Positions 55,148 through 64,000 of a DNA stretch of 64,000 bases are shown here, in pieces; position 1 is the stretch's first letter; every line of letters starts with the position of its first letter. Source of the DNA: Anthoceros angustus. Its lineage: Eukaryota; Plantae; Anthocerotophyta. The stretch spans positions 992,001 to 1,056,000 of the forward strand of contig MU008168.1 in the NCBI GenBank assembly GCA_010909165.1, in the 5' to 3' direction. The translations under genes and the position numbers were made by a program. Below the pieces are notes generated by a model. The model did no database searches. It was not told where the DNA came from and worked only from the letters and a program-made list of their open reading frames with translations.

Positions 55148-57639
55148 ATGTTACAATCTCGGGGAGGCCAGTATCAGTATCAGCAGCGACCATCTGGCGG
55201 TCCTCATGGCAGAGGCGCTCGCGGCCACGCTTACCAACCTTCGGTGCATCAGGGTCCTCAGTCGCAGCAGCAAGGTCATATAACGGTAGACCACCAGCTC
55301 CAATCTTCGCTGCAGTCTCCTCTATCTGCATCATCGGATCACAGCCAGGGTTCTGCTCTTCCTCAAAGCGGCTCTAGGTGCGTTTCTGCACGCTTCCTTA
55401 CTGAAGCAGCTCACGCGTTCTGCAGCTTGTTAGGGCGAATCGTCGTTTTTGATTCCTTCTTGGTCGCTGACAATCTCGCGGGCCACAGTTTGCAAGACTG
55501 GAAAGCGCAGTTGAAGCTTCCTCCCGTAGATTCTCGATTCAAAACTGAGGTATGTGTTTAGTTCTCCCCCTATTCGCTCCGTGGCCACTCAAAAGGGTTC
55601 TGCCACCAATCGAAGTGGTCGAGAACTACATTTCTGTGCTGCCTCATCGTTTTGGAAGCCGTGCTGTTAGCATGCCCTAGAAGGTTGACTAGTTCTTCTG
55701 AGCAGGATGTTACAGCGACGAAGGGAAACGAATTTGAGGACTATTTTCTCAAGCGGGAATTGCTTATGGGAATCTATGAGAAAGGGTTCGAGAGGCCTTC
55801 ACCCATTCAGGAGGAGAGCATTCCAATCGCTTTAACAGGCAGTGATATTTTGGCCAGAGCAAAGAATGGGACTGGTAAAACTGCAGCCTTCTGTATACCT
55901 GCTATTGAGAAAATCGACCCTGTCAAAAATGCTATCCAAGGTACGGTTTCACAGTAGCTGCTTTACCATGTCTGCAGCCGGTAGTCTACTTCTCTTAACT
56001 CAATGTTTTGAGTTGTGTTTGCTGTACAGTTCTGCTTCTTGTGCCAACGAGGGAGCTAGCCCTGCAGACCTCTCAAGTGTGTAAAGAGCTGGCAAAGCAT
56101 CTGAACATTCAGATCATGGTCACTACTGGTGGTACTAGTTTGAAAGATGATATCATGCGTCTCTATCAGCCTGTACACCTTCTTGTGGGAACACCTGGTC
56201 GAGTGCTGGATTTGGCAAACAAAGGTGTCTGTAACTTAAGAGACTGTTCAATGCTTGTGATGGATGAGGTAACCAGTTCAACTGGCTGCATTGCTGGCTG
56301 CAGTGCTCTGTCATTGCGGGTCTCCTCTTAGCAGCTGCTAGCTTTTGAGGCAGCGTTGTGTGGTTCACACTGTCATCTGAAGAAATTCCGACGTAGGGTA
56401 GTGTTGAATTTGAGGCCTTGAATAGTGCAGTTTATAGTGATGTATTACATGGCTAGTGAATTTTTTTTAGTGAGGGAAAAAGTCTTTGAGTGCAAAGTCT
56501 GGGTTCTTTACTGATTGCTGTGGTCTCATGCTCCAGGCTGACAAGCTTCTTTCTCCCGAATTCCAGCCATTAGTTGAGCAGCTTATTTCTTTCCTACCAG
56601 AGAGCCGCCAAATATTGCTCTATTCAGCTACGTTTCCTGTAACAGTTAAATCTTTCAAGGATAGATTTTTGCGTAAGCCATATGTGATAAACCTCATGGA
56701 TGAGCTGACTCTCAAGGGTATTACTCAGTACTATGCATTTGTAGAGGAAAGGCAAAAGGTACACTGCCTCAACACTCTATTCTCAAAGGTAAGATCAGCT
56801 TTTCTGGTCTCCTGGTCTCCTCAAATTAAAGCATTTTGTTCAAGAGTTGTTTTCCTTATTTCATGTTGCTTTGTGTATTGATTCAGACTAGTTGATTCGG
56901 TGCAGCTCCAAATTAATCAGTCAATAATATTCTGCAATTCCGTTAATCGCGTGGAGCTCTTGGCCAAAAAAATTACAGAGCTGGGCTATTCATGTTTCTA
57001 CATCCATGCCAAGATGTTGCAGTCACATCGGAACCGAGTATTCCATGATTTCAGAAATGGTGCCTGTCGCAACCTTGTGTCCTCAGGCAAGTGTCTTTCC
57101 CATTGCTTGGACGTTCGGTGTTTTTGCCGATGAGGTTCTCAATATCTTTATTCTGCAGTGGAGGTGACGTGATTTTGCTTGTTGCTTGGAACAGATCTAT
57201 TCACCAGGGGGATTGATATCCAAGCTGTAAATGTTGTCATCAATTTTGATTTCCCGAAGAATTCTGAAACGTATCTGCACAGAGTATGCAATTTACACAA
57301 AACCCGTATATGCTGGTGAAGTCTGCCCGTAGTGTATTGTTTTCTTTTCAGCCGCTTGTGACAAAAACACTTTTGATCCATCTTGCAGGTTGGGCGCTCA
57401 GGTCGGTTCGGCCATCTTGGGCTTGCAGTAAATTTGATCACATATGAAGATCGCTTCAATCTGTAAGTGGAGGACACTGACGCCTTGGCTATTGCTTTCA
57501 GTTTTATGTGACCCATACGATTTTTAGCACGTTCAGTTGCTCACAGATCATTGTGTGCAGGTATCGCATTGAGCAAGAGCTTGGCACTGAGATCAAGCCT
57601 ATTCCCCCTCAGATAGACCGAGCTATCTACTGCCGGTGA
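55148..57639 (+). CDS. DDX6: DEAD-box RNA helicase DDX6/Dhh1 (RH6/RH8/RH12 type), multi-exon
   Basis: [31 protein letters not shown] (Q motif), [47 protein letters not shown], ends [16 protein letters not shown]. Confidence 0.95.
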
Positions 57640-58664
57640 TCAGCTGGCACAGACAGTTGTGGACAACGTCTGCTGGATTGAGCAATGATGCTTTACCTGG
57701 ACACCTTCAGGTGTTTCAGTGTGTTGAACCTGAAAGTGATGTCAAAGAAAATATTTGTGAAGACATGTGGCTCCTAGTATGAACAATTGTTGCTAATCTC
57801 CCGGTCAAGCCTCCGTGCTTAGGAATGCGCTTTTATCCAAAGGCAGCTGGGTGTCACAGGTGACAGCGCAGCACCGGTACTTGTTTATCATTTGGTAGAA
57901 AAACGGATACTAACCAGAGTGACGGGAGGGATTAGGAATCAGAGCACGGACAGCAATCGAGTACAGTAGGGTTTGAATCAATTTGTGCATTTGCCGGAAA
58001 TAAGGCGTGAGGGCGCAGACAGAAATCGGGTGCAAAAGGTTTTGATTCGACTTGTGAATCTTGATAAACGCATGGATTGCTCATATGCTGGCATCGGTGT
58101 GGTCTGAGTTTCTTAACTCTGGATTATGAGTTGAGCATTATAACGAATGCAGTAAACTGAATTGTGCTAAACGTTAATGTATGATAAATACGTTAACTAA
58201 GAGTTAGGATCTAGGAGGGAACTCTGCGAATAGCGGGAGGAAAAGATAAGACCAAATAACGTAGAAAACCTTTGAGGACGTGTTCCTAGATTTTTAATAG
58301 CATAATTTACATGATATTTTCTGGTGGAAACCCTCTAGGGATATTTTAAAATGAAAACCCACCGTTTTCTAGACATTACAGCCTAAATTTAGGCACAATC
58401 CGCTAGAGGAATATCTGACCAATACAACCTCTGGTCCCATGGAAAGATACTGCAAGCTGTCTTCAAAGTTTCACAAAGACGCGGATTGGCAGAAACTAAA
58501 GCTCTAGAATTCACAAAAACAGCCGCAGCCGTCTCAAGAGAGCCAGTCAAATCGACAGTGTCATCGCGGATCTCATCCTCGACATTTTCTCCTAACTCTT
58601 TTTGACATTGCACACTTGGTAGGACTACCCAACCATGGCTGAGCACTAGACTACTCGCAGATGT

Positions 58665-58869
58665 GACACACTCAGAAATTCGAAAGTGAGTGTGCGCTGT
58701 GGTATCAACCGCAACGGTCAAGAGGCACGCGAATTGCACCTCAGCCTAAGGACGTTGTGGACACACTCAGAAATTCGCAAGTGAGTGTGCGATGTGGGAA
58801 GCGCTAGCTCTTGTACAACGCCCCAGCCGAGGTGCAATTGCGGTGCCTCTTGACCGTGCTGACACCACA
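58665..58869. other. Nested foldback / inverted-repeat element
   Basis: Arms 58698-58745 and 58826-58869 are near reverse complements. A hairpin-forming 37-mer (gacacactcagaaattcg.aagtgagtgtgcg.tgtgg) occurs at 58665 and 58760. Confidence 0.75.
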
Positions 58870-59772
58870 TTGACCTCCGATGGCGGGGACGCATGGCAGG
58901 TGCAGCTTGGTTCGGTCATATGCATATTTGTGACAATGCATATGCATATAGTGGGCTAATCTTACAGCCAGTGAAGGGAGGAGGGAGGCATGTGAGCCCG
59001 GTCAAGTCATCGGGACACTTATCAGGATCTGGGTGGCTGACTATATTGGGTTGGTAGTGCGCAATGCGGTGCGGGGGCCCATTTCGGTGCTGCCCGGTAA
59101 TCCATGATCAGCAAGCAAAGGATGCGGCTATGACGGTTCTTGGCATTCTCTCTTCGTTTCTTTGGCCGAATCTTGGTCCAAATTTTTTATTCTTAGTACG
59201 CAAAGAGAGAGCTTGGAATGCTAAACAGATATGCAAAATAATCCAGAATTTTTGATAGTGAAGTCATCCGAAAACGTGAAGTCATCCGAAAACCTTTGCA
59301 GACTAAGCCAAAGTTCCAAATTGGGACGTTCCGTCATCAAGGGGTTAACCAACTTTTATAGAACGTCTCAACTCTAAAAAAAGTTACCCCATATAGTTAA
59401 CTGACCGCCAAGGACATTTAACTCCATAGTTAAGAAGGAAGATTTGTCCACTAACATCAACATTTCGTTCATGGAGTGTGTAGTGGGAGTGCACATAACA
59501 AGGTGATATGAGAACAAAGTTCAGCCAACGTGTGTTCTTTGCTATCGTCTCACATTGTGGGCGTTGGCCTCCCTCGTGCATTAGATATGTGTATGTCCAA
59601 GTTGCGCTGGAGCATATGAAAATTCTTAACCTTACTTGCATTAATTGAGAATATTTGTATTTGAGGGCCTGGAAGTGAGTATGGTAGGTACTCTAGGTCT
59701 CAATGACTGAAGCGAGCAAGAAGGAGAAGCAAATTCTGGTTGTTTGAGCTCAGTCGAGCAACGGGGAGAAGG

Positions 59773-62700
59773 ATGGAAGGCTTTCCCGGCGGTCCTCCTG
59801 CACGGCCGGGCGCTGGCTATGGCGCGCCCCAACGCCCTCCTCCGTCCTGGGCTCCTCCCGCAGCTGGGCCGCCAGGCTCATCCTGGCCTCCAGCTCCTGC
59901 ATCTGCTCCCCCTCCGTGGCCTCCTGTATCGGCACCAGCTCCGCACACTGCGCCTGTTGCTCCGGGTCCCATGCAGCAGCAGCAACAGCAGCATCAGCAA
60001 CAGCAGCAGCCTCGTTGGCCTCCGGGGCCTCCTCCTTCAGCACCTCCTCCCGGTGCTCGGGCTGCCGCTCCTCCTCCTTCGGCAATTGGCATGCCACCTC
60101 CCGGCGTGCCACCTCCCGGGGCACCTCCTCCATCGCTGCGTCCCTCCTTTCAACCCCACCCTCCAAGATTCCCTGGATCTGGTCCTCCCCCTGGCGCGGT
60201 GGATGGCCCCTTCCCTGGGCCGCCTCAGCAGCCCTCCAATGTGGGAGTTTATGTTGCAGGACCGCAGATGCAGATGCAGCCACCGAGGCCTGGAGGAGGA
60301 CCCCCCGTGGGAGGACCGTCCCCGCAGCAGGTGTATCCAAATGGACCCGTGAACTTCTACGGCCCTCCAACAGGAAATCAAATTGCGCCAGGGGGCCCCG
60401 TCGCCCCGCCTATACCTGGGGCACGTCCTGCAGGTCCTCAAGCTTGGCAGTTTCGACCACCAGCCCGAGTGTATCCGGATCCCTATGGGATCCCGCAGTC
60501 TGTAAGCGATCTGGATGCCAGTAGCTGCCTTTCCGGATGAATTCTTTGAATTGAGGTGATGCGAGGTTGTGTTGTCAACAATGGATTCCGATCTGGACTG
60601 AAGCTTGACCGAGTTACTGGGTTTGCAGAATCCCCCATCTGGACTGCCTCCGACGCAAACTTTGCCTCCGCCTCCTCAACCTGGCATGGCCCACTACCCT
60701 GGTGCTCCCCTCCCTGCCTTGTCCCAACCAGGCTCCCCTGCTGGTGCAGCTCCTGGTTCCAATTCACGGATTGACCCCAATCAGATCCCACGGCCACAGC
60801 CGGCTCCTGGTCCACTATACTTCGAGACTCGTGTTAACGGCCAGGCAAACCTCCCCCCGGTATGTGATGGCTGTTCTTCTTGTGTGGATTCGGGTTTGAA
60901 GGATGTAGCACGTGAGCTGAGCTTGCTGCCTCCAGTCTCTGCTTTTCTTCTAATGCCTTTCCTTCTTGCGACATGTAGTCTGCAACCAGCACCTTCATTG
61001 TCAGGGACACGGGGAACTGCAGTCCACGCATTATGAGGTGCACTTTGAACCAGGTGAGGTTGTGGTTGATTTGCTGGATTGGGGGCTTGGGGCTTGTTGG
61101 TGCTTTAGAACTGATCTATAGTCTGTGCGTAACAGATGTATGTTATGTCCATGTACAGATTCCTTGCTCTGCTGATTTGCTTGCCAACTCGGGAATGCCT
61201 TTTGCACTCATGGTGCAGCCTCTTGCACTGCCACATCCGTCTGAAGAACCTATTCAGGTTAGCTGTAGTCTTTTGCTGTTGTTCCAGGGGACTGCAGGTT
61301 GTTGACCTGTAAGGGGTATCGGGACTGCATGTCTTATTCTTGTCTTTTTGTAAAATTGTGGGAGGAGGTGAGTGATTCTTGGTCCCCTGAATCGGCTTCG
61401 TTGGAGCTATGGCTCTTGTTGAACCCCTCCCGTTCACAACCTGCTGAGTGAGTGGTATGTTCTTTTGGCTGTAGGTTGTTGACTTTGGCGACGTGGGGCC
61501 AGTACGCTGCTCACGGTGTAAGGGATATGTGAATCCATTTCTGAAGTTCAGTGACCAGGGTAGAAAGTTTGTCTGCAACTTCTGTGGTAAGGTTTGGTGC
61601 AAAGGCATTTGTTTTGCCTAGTTTCACCTAGTTGACACTGGTGCTCATGCGATGATCTGGTGCTTTTGAGTAGAGTGAAGTGGGGCACGTTTCATATTTT
61701 TTTGTCGATTGATTTCTGGTTGGATCAACTGAAAACTAGTCTTATTACGCAGGAGTTGTCAATGATACACCGCGGGATTACATCTGCAATCTAGGACCTG
61801 ATGGCAGAAGAAGGGATGCCGATGAGAGGCCAGAGTTATGTAGAGGCACAGTGGAGTTCGTAGCATCAAAAGAGTACATGGTTGGCTGCCATACTTCAAC
61901 GCTCCTTTGCACAGCTGCCTCCAAGATGTGAAACATGATGCTGGACTTACACCAGCTCGGGTCAAAGGAATGCTTTTCTCGTAACCTGAATATCTCTGTT
62001 TGATATGCAGGTACGGGATCCAATGCCTCCTGTGTTTTTCTTCCTGGTGGACGTGTCAATGAACGCTGTTCAAACGGGGGCTACAGCCGCAGCCTGCAGT
62101 GCAATACATCGAGCTTTGGAGGACCTCCCGGTACTTGGTGGCTGTTGCTATGATATCTGATCTATGAGCATCTTATTGTCTCCTTTCACCCATTTTGACA
62201 AACCATCCTCTTTCCAGGGAGGCGATCGGGCCAGAGTTGGTGTTGCCACGTTTGATACGTCTATACACTTTTACAATCTAAATAAACTCTTGCAGCAGGT
62301 TATTTCCCACTATCAAGGTTTCTCTTGTTTCATGTTGGAGTTCCATGTTATCTGCTCTGCTCTTCCTGGTTGTGCATCAATCTTTTTTTGTCAGCTGACT
62401 TTGTACATGGTGATGCAGCCTGCTATGCTGGTGGTTCCAGATGTACAAGATGTGTATACACCTCTGCACACGGATCTTATTGTTCCCATCGCTGATGTGA
62501 GTTTATTATTGTGGATAGCAGCTACAATCTGCCTACATCTTCTCTTTATTCTTGGATCCTTGTTCTGACAGAGTTTGCATGAGTGATGGCCTTGGATATC
62601 CTATGATGATGCTTCTGTTGTTTCCCAGTGTCGTGGGCATCTGGAGCAGTTGCTGGAAAATTTACCAAGCATGTTTCAAGACAATCCAATTCCAGACTCT

Positions 62701-64000
62701 GCTTTCGGGGCTGCTATCAAGGTCCGTCAGACACTGCTGTCTGGCTGTTTCTCCTGTGTACAGTTTTGGTTCTTGCCATAAGTTTGTCTTTGGTGTGAGT
62801 GCTCATTCCTACATTGGAATGATTTTTGATGGCTGCGCAGGGTGCTTATCTAGCCCTAAAGTCAACTGGAGGGAAGTTGCTAGTTTTCCAATCAGGTATG
62901 GAGTACGAGTCCTTATTCTGGTTTCATAAGCATTGTGTGGATCTTTCATGTGCTGTGGTTCTCTGTCAGTAACAAAGCAAGCTCGTGGTTCCCCTATCCT
63001 GCAGTGTTACCATCTGTTGGGTTAGGTGCATTGACTGCAAGGGAGGTTGAAGGAAAGGTTGGCTTCACAGGCAATGAAAAGGTTCGACACGCATGTTGTT
63101 ATGCTGATATTAACTTCTATGTATCATGTGAGTCGCTTATCTTTTAATGTTTGTGTTTCAAGGAGGCGCACAAGCTACTCTTGCCAGCTGATAAAGTCCT
63201 AAAGACCATGGCTATTGAGTTTGCCGAGTTTCAGGTAAGGAATGTGGTTCCTAGCTAGGTGTTTGCAGAAAGTCTTAGGCGCTAGTTAGTGTTGGAAAGT
63301 GACTGAGGTGGGTGTGTCGCAGAGCTCCTGCACAATGAAAAGTTCTGACTGGTTACCCATGATAACACTCAGGTCTGTGTTGACCTATTTTTGACTACAC
63401 GGAGCTACGTCGATGTCGCATCTCTATCTGTTGTCCCTAGGACAACTGGAGGGCAGGTAGGCAGAAGAAATGGATTTGGACCATCGTGGATTCCCCTTTC
63501 AATGGAAAAGTCAGGGAGTTTGAAGGTTCCAGTGCTTTTACGAGTTGCTGCTTCAGTTGTAGTGAAAATTGATTGAGATGCTACGGGTGCAGATCTACTA
63601 TTATAACCAGTTCAATGCAAACATAGACTCTGCAAAGCTCTATAATGATCTTCGTTGGAACCTTACAAGGCCTCAGGGTCTGGAAGCTGTTATGAGAGTT
63701 CGATGCAGTCAGGTGGATTTCTGCGACTCTGCTATGAACAAGCTATTGGGATGGGTGGCTGCTGAGTTGACTGGTTTGCAGTCTGATCTGAACGTGTTCT
63801 TTTGTGCATTTTAGGGTCTTCAAGTACAGGAGTACTTTGGCAATTTTTGTAGGCGTACCATGACTGATGTCGATCTCCCAGCTGTAAGCGTTGGCTGGTT
63901 GTTGCTAGTAAGGGTAGCTCTTGATTTTGGCTCCCTGCCTTTTCTTGTTCCTGAACTGAATTGTGGTGGCCAGATTGACTGCGACAAGACTATAATGGTT
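59773..64000 (+). CDS. SEC24C: SEC24C/CEF-like COPII coat subunit, multi-exon, 3' incomplete
   Basis: Pro/Gln-rich N-terminus, RIDPNQIPRP, RCTLNQIPCSADLL, zinc finger RCSRCKGYVNPF...VCNFCG, FFLVDVS trunk domain, QIYYYNQF, RPQGLEAVMRVRCSQ, IDCDKTIMV. Confidence 0.93.

Overview
Gene-dense nuclear DNA from a non-seed land plant. The short introns, DYW:KP editing domains and long LL-type PPR motifs fit a hornwort best, though a fern or lycophyte is not excluded. The first 45 kb is a birth-and-death cluster of PLS-class PPR RNA-editing factors. It holds three full-length PPR-DYW:KP genes (U-to-C editing candidates), three large PG-box E+ genes without a deaminase, and five PPR pseudogenes or fragments. 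Interspersed are ARFRP1, COBRA-like, DUF4220/DUF594, C2H2-EAR zinc finger and DUF716/TMEM45-like genes. A repeat-rich, TE-like island at about 46-54.5 kb contains a decayed SET-domain frame and a triple ~800-bp tandem array. DDX6/Dhh1 and a SEC24C-like gene follow, the latter running off the end. The most notable observation is a PDF motif, the ssDNA-binding module of organellar OSB proteins, fused to the N-terminus of an intact PPR-DYW:KP protein (22634-25144). Two further PDF-PPR relics and a paralog lacking the PDF segment sit nearby. An inverted duplication of a DUF594-end/PDF-PPR block with reciprocal gene loss and an exact in-frame 849-bp PPR-array duplication are also visible. All homology calls come from reading motifs by eye; no searches were run.
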